Source: Phoronis australis
Lineage: Eukaryota > Animalia > Phoronida
DNA length: 64,000 nucleotides
Reading direction: 5' to 3'
Assembly (NCBI GenBank): GCA_002633005.1
Contig: NMRA01000054.1
Location: 562,952 to 626,951, forward strand
Part shown: positions 23,001 to 36,890 of the stretch, in pieces
How the letters are laid out: each line of letters starts with the position of its first letter
How positions within the stretch are numbered: position 1 is the first letter of the stretch
Program-made: the position numbers and the translations under genes
Notes under the pieces: model-generated
Databases searched by the model: none
The model's input: the letters and a program-made list of their open reading frames with translations, nothing else
Told to the model about the DNA's origin: nothing

Positions 23001-25119
23001 TGACCATGGGCCGCGCACCATAGGGGGCGGGGGGGGGTTATACCCCGACTTTTTTCAGTGCTCCGTCGCCCCGTGCTGTAGACTACTGGACCTGTTTCAC
23101 TAAGATGCCGTAACTTTACAACGTTTTTATGCAGTCTAAAGGAAAACTTACGCCAGAACTTGCCACTAATTGCACGTTTCCGGATGGGTATTCTAGAGAT
23201 TGTAGATATACTTTTAACAACGATATAACTTTGACTCCCAACTTAAACTTTGGAAGAAAGGTCCAGCTTCGACACTCTTTTGTTGAATCACATAACTTAT
23301 AGCACTGTTATGGTGCAAAACTGTTTGATATCGGGGTATTCCCACATCGTCAGGGGTTAAAAATCATCAGCCATTACCCGGTCAGCAAAAGTTTTGCCGA
23401 TTGTCACAACGTGAAACAATATCCGTAACTTACCCATGCATCCAATATACACAATGAAGAGACCGAAGATTGCATCGATTTCACGCAACATTATCCCACA
23501 TCATTTTGCTGTCTTTTATTCCATCTTTGAGTTAAACTTTTGAGACTTCAACCATGTGGTGCTAAAACGTCCGTCATTCTCAGGGATTCCTTCTCAAATG
23601 ACGTCATCATACTTCGAGCAGACGACTAGTCTTGACAAGGAACATTTTTCATCCATCGTCTTTTGCGGACACTTGGTCTCTTGTTGAAAGCTGGGCTTGC
23701 GTTGGGACCTACGTGACTAATGGGTTAGCCGAGTTCAGTTGTGGCCAGGTGGCTGAGCAACCAAGACAGTCCAGAGCCGGGATTGGGTCATTAACCTACT
23801 TTGATTCTGGGAGCTTCTTCAGCGGTAATAATCTTCTTCGTCAAATTCGGCACCCCGTTGTCACCACTTTTTACGGTCTCAGTCATACTCTCTCATCGGC
23901 CTCTACTTTCAAATTATTGCAAAAGTTCATCGACATAGCCCCCGCTTCCTGCAGACATCCGACTCCCGATAGTAGACGTGGGGTCGTAGGCCCGCTGCTG
24001 AAGCGGAATAAATGACTTCGAATGAAAAAAACTCAGCGCGCTTTCATCAAAAATGCTATCGCGTTTCCCTACGCCGGAAGCTTCATTTTCTCAAGACCGG
24101 GGATCATTAGAGATAACCCAGCATGGACCAAAATTAAAATATAAAAAGTATATGAAAAAGTTATGACAACTGGTACATTAAATGAATAGTCAAAGACTGA
24201 GTGAGATTAAGTCGACTACCCTCCCGTGGTTCGGAGAACCGCCATTTCTGAGATGTACTCAGTTCTTTGGCAACCGTATTTTTTGGTATCGTTAAGGATC
24301 CAATATGTCATTTTGGTTCCTAAGTAACTGAGTTACTGTGAAAGTGTGCCGATGCACTCACTGACTGTCTACGTGAGCTCTGCGATGGGTCAAGCCTGTT
24401 GACGTCAACATTGCGTGGTGTGTGCGTACTTACGTCGCCTTCGTTGGAAAGTGCTGTTAAAAATTAAACTTTTGCCACGGTTGCATTACGTGAATTACAA
24501 TGAATTACAACGATTCATTTACTTTGTATGTTTAGTACAGCAACACCCCTTATATAACGGTGCATTTGCGAGTCTCAACTTGTGAAGCACCCGTTGCTTA
24601 CTGCACAAATCAAAAATTGAACCGCGAAATCCCAATGCTTTCCTTAGTTTAGACATAGTAGACCCAGTACTAGTGCCATTATATTGTTTTATCAGGAAAC
24701 TATTTTCACCAAGCAATATTTTCAACCTTTGTGGAAGCATTTAAATATTATCAAACTTAGAGCGGTGCGTAGGCCTTCTCAGTTAACAGGTCCCAAAACT
24801 TTTCAAACCACGGATCCATTTTCACCATTGAGGAGATAACGCCAAATATTATAAGGAAGTATAGTTTTTCTTTTTCCTTCGTGAGACTCACAAGCCAATT
24901 GCCCCATTAAATGGTGTGATTAGAGTCATACAGTTTCCCACACGATTGGATAATAATCCATCTGCTGGAACAACAAGGCCCCTGGAGTTACTGGTAGAAA
25001 AATAAGTTAGCAAGCAGGTTAGCTTCATGAAGTTGACATCACCTTCATATTTATTTGCACGAGCCCAACAAAATCAAAGTAAACGGAGCGATTTTCCACT
25101 ATCAGTTTAGTTACGAATT

Positions 25120-25146
25120 AGGGTACCTTTTCAAAAAAGGTACCCT
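25120..25146. repeat. Perfect 12-bp-stem hairpin, probably part of a decayed MITE
   Basis: AGGGTACCTTTT-CAA-AAAAGGTACCCT. Confidence 0.7.
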
Positions 25147-27017
25147 CATTTTTGACAATATGGCATCTCTTCTACTGTTCACTAATTAGGTTAAAAATGA
25201 AGTACCTTGTTTCTGGAGCAAGACCCTACTAAAGGGTTATTTTTTCATGAAAGCTCTTTTTGTTCTAAATAGGTGGGCATCGCAACTTTCTATTTGCAGC
25301 CCCGTCAAAAATATATAATCGATTACCCACCAAAGTGCACTCTCATAAAAAGTCCAACGATGACGAACTATTCTTTTCAGTCGTGGTAAAGAGTAATATC
25401 AATACTGGTTTCACAATATTATGACCGATTTTGAAGAGAAAGTTTTGGCAAAATATTTGAACTTCAGTTTTTAATTCAATGTGCTTTCAACAACTAACTC
25501 CTGTTTGAATATGCCCCTGTATGAATATGTATGTGATAGACGTGCGGTCTCAGGTCCCCACTAAAATTATGTAAGCATGCTGCCAAGTTCATTGACACCA
25601 CCAGACAGAATCGCCAATGTCATCGCTGCTGGACATCGCGACAATTGTCTGTGACAACACGTGATTTCAATCTCAATGAAACGAAGATGAACATTCCCAC
25701 GAAAGTGGGTGTGGATTTCATTTCACATCATTTTACGTCGATATTATACGACTCGTACGACCTTTTTGAACGCATACCGCTTGGAGAGAGCAGGTCCGCA
25801 CCCATATCGAAATTTCGTTCAGTTAACTAATTTAAGCAATTCATTTTATTTATTAATTTATCTCTCTTTTCTTTAATAATTTCTCTTCTACCTGTATACA
25901 TTTTTCGATATTTTCCCTTGTATTTTATTTGTTTTGAGTCAGTATTCACGTCGTTTTATGCTATACGATCTCTGTAGGGGATCACCTCAGAAATGAATGT
26001 CTCACTCTCTCGTGCTATCGCGGTTACGCTCATTTAATATTTTTTCAAGTATTGCCGTTGTATTTTGTTTTTATTTTTTGTTTTCTAATTTTATGTTTAA
26101 TTATAATCATTTATATGATTTTATGCACAGAATAGCAATCAGTTAATGCCAGCTGAAACATTTATTCATTGGCTTTTTAGCCTGGAAAATAATCGTGTTT
26201 TGATTTTCAGTTGACTGTAAGACAGGGCGATTCCATCGAACGGTACCCCTATTTAGCGGCCTAAACCCAATGGATAGGAAAAGACGTACCTGTAATTTCT
26301 TTTTGAAAAATATCAGATCTCCAGAAAATCACACTTTGCTTAGTCAATCCAGTGGTAAAAGCTGTCAAAACAGTTATATTTAATGAATTACAAATGTGAC
26401 ATTGAGCAGAGAGATCATATTCTTTCGATGCAGAAACACCTTTGTTCAACGACTATTCTATGGTTACATTTTTTCAAGGTATGAACACGTTATCTACATC
26501 ATCCTCGCAGTTTGTAGCAAGTTTAGTGATACAGTTTCGCATTTGGGGAAATGATTGCCAACTTATTTATCTCGTAACATGTTCGAAATAGCCACCAAAT
26601 CAGGACAAGATTTTCTACCTCAAACAATTTGGTTTTGCCTAAACACAGAACTTCGTTTTATTCTAAGTCCTTCTTTATTCAGGCCATTCAACAGTGGAAC
26701 AACTTGCCAAATAGTCTAAAAGAGGCTGACCGTTATGATGATTACAGACACCAACTCGTTAGTTACCTGTGGTCGTCATAGCAGTCCCTCTTTTTTGTCG
26801 CTCCAATGTATATACCATATAAAAGCTTTTATTTATTTATTTTTAATTCAGTCTTTAAAAACCAATTTATAAATACTGTTTAATTTAATGTAACTTAATT
26901 TATTTATCTATCTTAATTTATTTAATTTAATTTTTGCTACAGAGGACCATGCTGTATATTAGCCTTTGGTTATAGCACGTTTTATATCTATAGTATTTTA
27001 TCCTCTATAAATGAAGT

Positions 27018-27046
27018 TTATTATTATTATTATTATTATTATTATT
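27018..27046. repeat. (TTA)n microsatellite
   Basis: Direct reading. Confidence 0.9.
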
Positions 27047-28311
27047 TAGAAACCGTTGTTGCTGTAACAGTTTTGGGGTCAGTTATGACGCCAAGTTTCC
27101 TTCATTGGTCCAGGACGTTTTCAAAGAACTTAAAATTAGTCAATTACAAAACACGAGGCCTTTTAAGTTTATCTGAGACATTGACCGAGATCTTACACCG
27201 CATGAGGTTGCAGGTCTGGCAAGAAAATTACATGTTCTCGTCGTCTCTTATCATTAATTTTCAATCAGTTCCCTATGACAATTAAAAATGCTTTAAAGAC
27301 CTACTTGCCTGGAGATCGGCACAAGCCCTTTGCTAAAGAAACCGGAAGTTGGAAGGAGTTTCAACGCTATGAGTCTTATCATAGATTTCTTGTTTAATGT
27401 GTTGAGGTCCAGATGTTACCGTGGTCACGAAAGCATATGGTACGCGTTGCCTCCACGAAAAAGTACTCGCGTTCAGTTTCTGCAGCGACCAGCTTGATCA
27501 TTTCCAATGCGCTATGCAGTCGGCCGGTGATGATTACATATAGAATATAAACCCACACTATAAAATTAGTGTCATCTTATTCCTTACTCAGATCACAAGT
27601 GACTTCAAAATTTGAAATAACCGACAGTTCGTCACGATTGTTCTGGAGTCCAAGCTGCCCACACCAACTTGTAGAACCTGTTCTCATGGACTTCAACGAA
27701 CTGTCAGTTCTTTCAAAGCCACGTATAACAAACTGCGAATACTTTTACAGCTGAAGTTATATTCTTGTGATACAACATATAAAGAAGACCATAAAAGGGC
27801 TGAAAGCAACAGCGAGGCAACGAGACAACTCGGTTACGTGGTGCATATATACAAGGAATAACCATTATTTTAACCAAGGGGGGGGGCAACATCAGTGATA
27901 TGGAAGTTATTTGCCAGATGCAGTGCTAGGTGATGCACACATCGAGACTAGTGGTACACGCTCATTAACAGAAACACAAATGAAAAATTTAATCACTATC
28001 GATCAAACAACATGCAAGTTAAACATGGCCGGTGAAAAAAGAAAAACTTGTTAGGTGTGGCACTATTAGTGGGTTTTGGCAAAAAATAAGCGATGTTGTT
28101 ATCTTTAAATGAGACGCTCCAGCATATGCACAACATGTGGGTCCATAAGAATAAGGATGCTGATGTCTTTAAATCGGATACATGCCTGCATGACATGTGG
28201 ATACATCTAAAATAGGGATGTGATGTTATCTTATGTAATCTTTAAAATCCAATATTCCTGAATATGTACAACTGACTTTTATAAAAATGACTCAATTTGC
28301 AAACACAATCA

Positions 28312-28317
28312 TTTATT
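28312..28317 (-). terminator. Candidate distal polyadenylation signal of GAS2 (would give a ~3-kb 3' UTR)
   Basis: AATAAA on the minus strand followed by GT/T-rich sequence. The 28.3-31.3 kb region is mostly repeat-poor and U-rich on the minus strand. Other AATAAA sites are possible. Confidence 0.35.
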
Positions 28318-29840
28318 TATAACAGTAATAATTCCCACAGCAATAAAGCTCAAACAACAAAAAATCTGGTGTGCCCAAGGACAAGTACGTAAAGGGTCGT
28401 ACTCCAAGCTCTACAAATACAACGTTTTTTTTCTCTCAGTATCATGAATGAATTTATTACATATTGTCATGAACCACATTCAGTTGCCAAGTTTTGACTG
28501 GGCATGAACGCATAATGTTCAACATAAATTTCTCACATTTCTGATCACTGAATTTGTTTGTAAAGATACAAACTTTCAGGGCGTCAGGTTACAGAACGTG
28601 TATAAATGGGACTCATGTTCACACGTTGAATTTGTTGACAAACATTACAGATTAGGTTTATTAAAGTCACAAATTACCCAGGATTAATTCTTCACTTACT
28701 AAGCACACAATATGTCAGACAACAAAAATCTTACTGTGTCAAATTTCTTCACAAAAATAAAGATTAAGAAAGTCTATTACTAGCATAATTTGCACTGTGT
28801 TTGATGTCATAAAACAACATTGTTCATAGAAATGTCATCACTCACTGAAAATAGACAAGTGACAATTTCGGATAGTATTTTTGTGCGAAATCAGTGAAGA
28901 ATTACTGTAACTCCATCTAGTGACCAAATAAAGAACCAGCCTATTCCGTAAAATACATTTTGCGGCTTTGAATTTAATTTTCCCAATCAGTCTAAAGCTC
29001 TTTATCACACCCATTAAAAGTAACTACAGCTTTGAACACACAAAATCATAGAGCAAAATAACAAAATAGATTGTCAGCTTACAAAAGTGTGCTGGTGGAA
29101 TGCACAGTTGAAAACAACAGAGATGCTACAGCAAACTCGAGCCACGCAAAAACAAGTAAAGCTACTGAAACACTCATAAATAAAAAAGCAAACTCTTGAA
29201 CAATCAAAGAAAATTAGCAACAACATGAACAGTATGGACGGCATTCTGGAATATCAACATAAAGTGTATATTGATTAAAGAAACCTAATCGACCGTATAG
29301 GAATGCACCTTCATGTGATAAAGAGTTAACATAACAACCATTGGAATCCTAATTGTTAAATAAAAATAAGGCCAATCACTGACCAACTCCATAGATATCA
29401 AGATCAACAAAACATCACTAGTAATCAATATACAAGTAGACACAAGCCAAGCAAGCTTAAAAACACCTCTAACTTGAGGTTGTGATGGAAGACAATGGTG
29501 AGATTCTCAAAGGTAAACAGATTTCTAAATGACCTTAAAGCAGCTATGTCGTACTAACTTGTGAATAACTGGATTTTTTGAGCACAGCAAAAGATTTTTT
29601 TGTAAGTGCAGAAATGGCATTTTTGTAAGTCACTCCAAGGCAACACTTGTTTTTTTTGTCAGCGACAGCTACAGAACATAAGTTCCTGTGTTTATGAAAT
29701 TTACTGAAATGCCCAGCAACAGAGAATGTAAGACACTGGGCAAAACAGTCACTTGTTTTTCCCATAATTAAGCAGTCAAATTCAAATTTCAAACCATCTG
29801 CATTTTCATTCACTTACAAATATGACACAGCAATTGCGGC

Positions 29841-29945
29841 AATAGTCACCTACGGGGGTGTCAAATTTTGAGAACCAGTTTGGTGCCTGTTATTCAGTGG
29901 AGAAAACTGGTTGTCAAAATGCAGTACCCATTTAAGTGACTATTA
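29841..29945. mobile_element. Small palindromic MITE; inverted relative at 49262-49360
   Basis: AATAGTCAC...GTGACTATT ends, with an internal TTTTGAGAACCAGTTT / AAACTGGTTGTCAAAA inversion. Confidence 0.65.
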
Positions 29946-31338
29946 CCATAACTTTTAAGTCCTTCATGGCACTTTTAACGACTAAACAACTTTGAAGTAA
30001 TAGTTTAACTGATAACAAAAATTACAAGTTCAAAAATAGGCAAGATCTTTACTTTTCAACAAATAGAGGCCGATCATAAATTTCCAAAATGCCAAAATAA
30101 ATTACTGATGTATACTTTTTTGACCACACATGATTTCAAGGGACACTGGTATTACAGTTGACCCTCAAAAGGACTGTCCCATTTGGAAGTAGAGTGACAA
30201 GTGTCTTACAACTTGCTTCATTATTTAAATCAAAACATCAGTTCAATGTAACACCCACGACATACCTCAATGGCACAAAATGCTCAGTTTACAATAAGTG
30301 CCAGAGCTTTTTCAAGAAATTTATGATACATCATGCTTTGAGCAATTTAACATTAATTCCGTAGCTTCAAGTCAATTATTAGTATAACAGTAAAGTTGAC
30401 GTCTGGAATGCTCCATACTCTAACTATGAAAACTCCAATTCAGTTTCCTTATAACCAAACAGCACCTGTTCAACTTTTGAGTCTTCCAAATGTCATGCAG
30501 CTGAAGTGCACAAAACCTATCAAAAGTTCAATCTAAGTCAACACTAAAGCTTACTTCATTGGCAAAAAGCCAGGAAATGTCTCAATTCACACATTAAACG
30601 GGTAGTTGGAAGACGTTTTTATAAGAGCAGTACTACTGCAAAGCTAAACAAATCTTAAACATTGGCATACATCAGATCCAGGCAATGACAACAACAATAC
30701 TGCAACAGTGTTGAGTAATGACCAACTTACACAAATGACATCACTGAATGGCCAGGGGGAAGTTACTGCCAGATCATTCAACTGATAATCACAAGTTGTT
30801 GCAAGTGTTGTTGAATAAACAGCTACAAAAAGGCTGCCATTGTACGTGACAGGACGCAGCTATTCTAATAGATACATTAACACTCACAGAGCTCATAATT
30901 TCTGGTAACAATGAATCCTGCCAGCTTTTAGCTAACTAGGTCTACTTAAAGTTTTCCCAAAATATATAGGAAAATGTCCTAATGAGCACCTATTACAAGA
31001 TAAAGTATGCTGCATGTGAACCATTCTGACCACGAACATTTAGCCAGGCAGTAACAGGGGTTGCTGCTGCTGCTTCATGAAACTCTTCTCCCAAGGCAAT
31101 CTTATTGTTACCAACTACAGTAAAATCTCACCAATTTTGTGAAAAAAATGCCAAAATTGCTTTGATACGAATGCCCACAATGTCTCAGAATCATTGTCTG
31201 ATGGTAGCTACAGTATAGATATTTAAAAATAATATTGATTCATTTGGTGCAATTTACCTTTTTTGACAAAATGAAAAAATAAAATTTCCCTTCTTGGCCA
31301 TATTGTGTCCTAAATAGGTGAGATTTTAATGTAACTGC

Positions 31339-31533
31339 TCAGTGTTTTGCAGACTTGTACCGTCCTTGAACAACCACATAGTTGAGTCGATCTTCGTTGT
31401 TGAGCGAGTCGATACTACCAGCAATAGCTCTCTTATGCTGAAAGATTCGGCATGGGTCGTGGCGTGACAGAAAGTGCTCTAGTGTGTCCCAGCCACCACC
31501 CACTCGAACCATAAGGTGAGTGTCTTTCAACAG
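31339..31533 (-). CDS. GAS2: GAS2-family last coding exon (GAR domain C-terminal part and stop)
   Basis: Acceptor tttttcag. Encodes [29 protein letters not shown]...[27 protein letters not shown] is the GAR signature and the NY.VV...YK tail resembles GAS2. Confidence 0.97.
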   Translation of the reverse strand: MLKDTHLMVRVGGGWDTLEHFLSRHDPCRIFQHKRAIAGSIDSLNNEDRLNYVVVQGRYKSAKH

Positions 31534-33227
31534 CTGAAAAAACAGATAGTCTCCAAATAAAAAGATGGTTGAAGTCACAATATTTAAAATCACTGTGTTT
31601 TCACCCTTGCCTTACTATTGTCAGAGCTTCACAATCAAGAGATCAAATGAAGTAGAAATACGTGCTATGTAACTGTTGAATCTCCAGCTTTCATTAGCTA
31701 AAATATTATCCGCATTAACTTCCACAAAAATTTGCATTGCCTGGAATTTTCAAATCGTTCACATGTCACTTGACCAGGTATGACAAATGAGATGAAAATG
31801 TCTGCAAGGCAACCAGTCAACTGTGGACCAAAATTCACCGTCCCAGAAGTCAAATTGAATTGTATGGGAGCGTTGAACTTTGTTCCTGTCTTTGGTAGTT
31901 CATGACACTATTACGCTGCCACACGAGAGAGTGCACATCTCCTTCTCGATCCTTTTGCGAACACTTTTGAGGTCTATGGCCAGGATAATGGTCTGAGCCA
32001 GGATGTATATGATTTTGGTATATTTTGCTGTAAACTGCAACATTATAAAAGCAGTACAAGCTATTCCATAATGTCACAATCAGTCTCTGTTAGTTTGAAC
32101 AATGAACTGCAGCTGTTAATGATATATTTACATGCTCTTGCTAATATATTGCAGGAACTTAATGGCAATGCTATTTTAACATAATCAACACTAAACAAGG
32201 TGCAGTTGTATTCATCGACAACTTCAATGTGAAAAAATTCTTTGCACCAATGACGTACCTTGGGGGCTCACACAACCCGCACCATGCAATGTTATTCCCC
32301 AGCACCATGTCACGATACTTAATAGACAAGGTTCAGTGATGTGCGGTGGATCACTTTCACCGCAAAACTCGTTTTCAAAAGGATTTGACAATTTTCAACC
32401 TACTTCATATTCCCATCATTGCTAAATGTTGTGTTACTAACTAATTTCGCTAAACAATCACAGAGATAAGGAATTTGCCTGAAAGTTTCACTTTAAGCTC
32501 CACACACAAGCCAGACATAACAATAGGCAATTTTTCATATTAATAGAATGACAAAAACTGACTGCTAAATGCCTCGTCGATTGTAAAATTACAACTGTAA
32601 AATATGGTTCTTTCAGGAACAGCCAACAGGTCTTTTGATTTATTGCAGAAAAATGGGTAACTTAGCCAACTGATTGGTCACCTTCAATCGCATTTATCTC
32701 TGTTTACGTTTTCAACATACATGCCGCAGATTTTGTTCATTTCTTTGCAATCAGTCCATCCATTTCTAATTTTTTTTTGTTGACCAGTCATCAATGCCTC
32801 AATCACTTGCCAGGATTTTTCATTATTGACCGTTAAAGTTAAGAAAATTGCCATCAGTTCCATTTCCAAAATGCCAAAAACTTAGCATAACATTTTTAAT
32901 AACTCAACTGATGCCCACAAAAAATAAAACGACTTTTTTATGAAAAAGCACTCAATGTAGAACCTAAGTCCATTTTGATGTTCCAGAGGTTGAAAAGGGT
33001 TGCTTATCACTCAAAACCCTACTTAAATAGGCATAGAGAAACACTCTTGAAAGTAGAGGGAACTATATAAAACACAAAACTGATCTTTAGGCCAAAAACA
33101 GAAGCTACGTTCTGTGAAAGACATGCTTACTGGTTTACAACAGTAGTTTTTTGGAAGCTTGCAGCTTGTTTACACAACAATTTACAGACAGATGCTAGGT
33201 TACCATATAACAGATAAGAGTTCTTAC

Positions 33228-33329
33228 CCGAATGAATACAACCTTTCCCCCAATGTTGTAGGTACCTTCACGAAGGCGCTGAATTTCAAAAGGTTGGCAA
33301 CACTTGCATTTGGAAGACAGCTTTTTCAC
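33228..33329 (-). CDS. GAS2: GAS2-family exon (GAR domain N-terminal part)
   Basis: Acceptor tttttcag and donor gtaaga; 102 bp, phase 0-0. Encodes VKKLSSKCKCCQPFEIQRLREGTYNIGGKVVFIR. Confidence 0.95.
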
Positions 33330-34846
33330 CTGAAAAACAACCAGAGGGTGACAGATTCACGTAGAGCGACTTCGGTGTCTGTACAATGTGTCGACCGATC
33401 AGTCTAAAAGGTATAGTCCCGGAATTTTTACAACTTCATAATGTTTCTTCTTGTTATGAAACTTAAAGTTGGATCAAAACATATTTCACTCACTCACTCA
33501 CTCACAATATCATGACTTCTATAATATATGAACAAGGAACTAGCCTCTAACATCCTTTTCAGACGTAAGATAATGATTAATCTAGGAATTCACCGACGAA
33601 AAATAAATCAAAACAATACATTTCTTGATATGTTAACCATCATCCAGAAGTTGATTACAGAAAATACTCCAATCACATATTAGCTCATAATGTCTGCCAG
33701 AGTCAATTTTCTGGTTGGGATGTCATAGGAGAAGTTATGAGCATCTTTTTATAGAATGTGATCATATTCAGGTGCCATGCTGACCTCTAAAGTGATCCGT
33801 CCTTTAGGTAGACAACTTCCAAAATACTAATTTCTGTCTATATTTTACCTCAAGAGTATATCTTTAAAAGCACTTCCCTACAGAAGATGCATCAAGTGTG
33901 TAAAGAATTATCAAAATCCAACCGGCTCTTGACACAAGCACCTATTTGTCCATTGTAACCAACAGAAGACATGACTACCATACACATATTAAGTCATTTT
34001 TGTCAAGAAAGTGGTAGAACAAGACAGAAAAATACAACTACAATTTTGCACAACCACGCAGCGGAACTTACAGCGACACACACGATCAGTGTTGGTAGGT
34101 TGTGATAGCTGACCAGTAACGAATCATTGTTAGAACCACACACACACATGAACACTGGACAACGGAAACTACTCAATCACATGCCGAGGACAAAATTAAC
34201 ATTTGATTTGAAACTGAACTGAACACAACAAATTGTTGAAAGTTACCCTCTCACAGTAGACGACTTTCATTATCTGTGATGAAAAGACAAAGAATATTGA
34301 TGTCACTACTAATTCGCATCCCGGGTCACATTTTCATAAACGCATCTTAAAATAAAGTGCACAGTTGTACTGTTCTTCTTACCATTTCATTTTTGTTTTA
34401 AGTAACCTTGAACCTTGATTTTTTCAGTCCTATTTTTATAACCCTTAAGCAAAAGTGAACCATTTTAAATACAATTCCTTACAGTATTCAGGAGAATAGT
34501 GCATAAAGCATAGGAGAATTCAACATTGACAGTGAAGCTGAGACAAAATTTCAGCTTCAAGTTTCAAAACACTAAAACATGCTGATCAGGATTTATTGCA
34601 CGTAAACAGTAAAACCACTGAGTATAGAAAAGCACAATCTGCAGAAAAGTAAACCCAACATAATGGAAATGGGTAACAGCTTCATCTCAGACAAGCTGAA
34701 AAACCTTACTAGCCAAATAGATGACATGAAAGAATCATCCATGACACTCAACATGATTCATACTTCCTGGCACCCCTCTCCAGCACAAACCTATTGTCTT
34801 CTTCAACTAGTACCCTCTGACATCCATCACAAATCTGCAGACATAC

Positions 34847-35301
34847 CTCTTTATCAAGCTGTGACTGCCTTGGTTTAGCAGGTGACGGTGGACATCTGCT
34901 ACCAATAGGAGGAGCTGAAATGATACGTCGTCTCGTCGGCGTACCATTGTCGACGGACTGTGACCTAGTTTTTCGAGGACTCTGCTGCATCACTTCACTC
35001 ATGCCACTGCTCATTAAAGAGTCACCAGATCCTTTCCGTTCTGTGATAACACAATCTTTTATAACAAGATCTGTTATACCACAGTCCTCTGTTACAATGG
35101 GATCTTTTATTGTGCGGTCCTTGATGATGACATGTTTTTCCCTAAGGTTTGGAATTATATCGTCAGCATCACCACTCTGCATTTCATTCTCAATCTCTTT
35201 CTCAAGTCGAATCAGCGCCGGTGGTTCAATGCCAAACTTGTACGCCACTCTGGCCAACTCGAGCAGACACAGCACCACCGACCTCTCTTGTTTGTGGAGA
35301 A
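34847..35301 (-). CDS. GAS2: GAS2-family exon (end of CH domain and long linker)
   Basis: Acceptor catttcag and donor gtatgt; 455 bp, phase 1-0. Encodes [38 protein letters not shown]...QSQLDKE. Confidence 0.94.
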
Positions 35302-35722
35302 CTGAAATGACACATGAACGATGAAGATGCTTCAGAACTGATAAAATAATAGAACCACTATGGAAAATATGCATAAATGATAACTTGTAAGTGAGGTATA
35401 ATACCAGTGAATACATCCCAGCCAATTTTTCGAGATGATATGAGCAACAGTAACCCATTTATACAAAACGTTGCATTTCAGCTGTATTATGCTGCCGTTT
35501 CAAAGGACCCATAGCTGTTAAGTCTAAGGGCTCATATCTTACCACAGAAAAAACAACATTTGTCTGATGCAACGTGCCTGCATTTTGAAAACCTGTTGAT
35601 GTCCGTTATTCAGTGGACAAAACTGGTTCTCAAAATGTGATCTATAGAGACTTGCAGGACCTTAACCCAAGCGCAATATACGTAAGCACAAAGCAGAAGA
35701 AAGCCATGTGTATAATGTATAC

Positions 35723-35870
35723 CTAAGTCATCTGTTTCAAACATACATTCCACCTTGATGCCATAATCTGCACACCACTGTAGGAAGTTGGCCGTGTTGT
35801 CACGGGCAAACCACGTGCCCGACTGCACATTCTGGCGGAACTTGACCCGATTAGAGGGCACCTTGACGTT
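35723..35870 (-). CDS. GAS2: GAS2-family exon (CH domain)
   Basis: Acceptor ttaacag and donor gtatac; 148 bp, phase 0-1. Encodes NVKVPSNRVKFRQNVQSGTWFARDNTANFLQWCADYGIKVECMFETDDL. Confidence 0.95.
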
Positions 35871-35962
35871 CTGTTAAGACACGGACACCAAAATTGACGG
35901 GTACATTATTCTCAGATGACGTCATAATAAAAAGTCAATGCATAGAAAGAAAACTTGTATCA

Positions 35963-36022
35963 TTAATAATAATAATAGTACTAATACTACCACTACCACT
36001 ACCAATAACAATAATAATAATA
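35963..36022. repeat. Compound (AAT)/(ACT/ACC) microsatellite
   Basis: Direct reading. Confidence 0.85.
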
Positions 36023-36564
36023 AACTTATTAGCATCACACAAGTACAGAGCAATAAAAAAGAGCAAAAAATAAAACTACAAGTGCAAGACATGGATAACA
36101 TAAAAAGTCAAAGACTTATTTCCATTATGATCCGTAATTTGCAAGGAAATTATGTGAAACACAAATGGAGAGATCAAAGCGGCTATAAAACTGCATTCCA
36201 TTCATCAAATTTTTGATTTAAGACCAGTTACCTCTACAAAATTGGACTCAATGTGTTTCTTACTTGAGAAGTACTTTCCATGTCTGCATATATCTGACAA
36301 TTCATTATTCCATGAGACCACGGTCGGAACATAAAATGACACAGCGTAACAAGCCAACCTGTATGGCGTGCTCTGAAGTAATGACAAGATGACAGTTCTT
36401 TCAAAGCCCTAATATCACCTCCAATTGACTAAGAAAAACTTGAGACTAAATGCAAAGGGGTAAGTGGACTAAATCAAAAATTTCTTGTAATGAATAGCAA
36501 GTTTATGGGCGCTTTAAGAAATGGTACTGGTTTGCACCGCAGTGAGACACTTCGCCGCATACTC

Positions 36565-36712
36565 AGGGTCCGATCCAGGATTTTTTAAAACGGAGGTCGG
36601 ATCAACAATTTTTTTAAAAAGGTGGTCCAAGTCAACAATTTGAAAAGTCTAGATTTGATGTCGCTTAAAATCAAGGGAAAAAGGTGGGTCCGGACTCCCT
36701 TGACCCCGCCTA
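36565..36712 (+). mobile_element. Degenerate hAT-like MITE fragment related to 19640-19919
   Basis: Starts CAGGGTCCGATCCAGGATTTT and ends GGGTCCGGACTCCCTTGACCCCGCCT. Confidence 0.55.
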
Positions 36713-36719
36713 TGACACA

Positions 36720-36890
36720 GTAATTCTATATCATCCAGTTCTCTTCTCAGGTTTAAATGATTTCTGGGATTGAGAAGAACTGAAAGTTCTGTGCTTGACC
36801 GGTGGTCCCAATGGCTCACTGGCTAGAGCATCTGCACGGTTAGCAGAAGATCCTGAGTTCAAGTCCTGGTCGGGGCAGAAATCTTTTCAG
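36720..36890 (+). mobile_element. tRNA-like repeat (SINE or solo LTR with internal tRNA-like module)
   Basis: A-box TGGCTCACTGGCTAGAGC and B-box GAGTTCAAGTCC near 36812-36867, preceded by ~80 nt of leader and ending TTTTCA. Confidence 0.65.

Noticed and set aside
23560-24120. 127-aa plus-strand ORF in a CpG-rich block
   Set aside because: TTG start, no recognisable domain and no splice support. It could be regulatory or transposon-derived but cannot be called.
34920-35324. Plus-strand 134-aa ORF (also 39639-39905)
   Set aside because: These are antisense shadows of GAS2 exons.
36804-36878. Functional tRNA gene
   Set aside because: Acceptor and anticodon stems are imperfect and the context is repeat-like. 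The same applies to the tRNA-like units at 17.9 kb and 56-57 kb.
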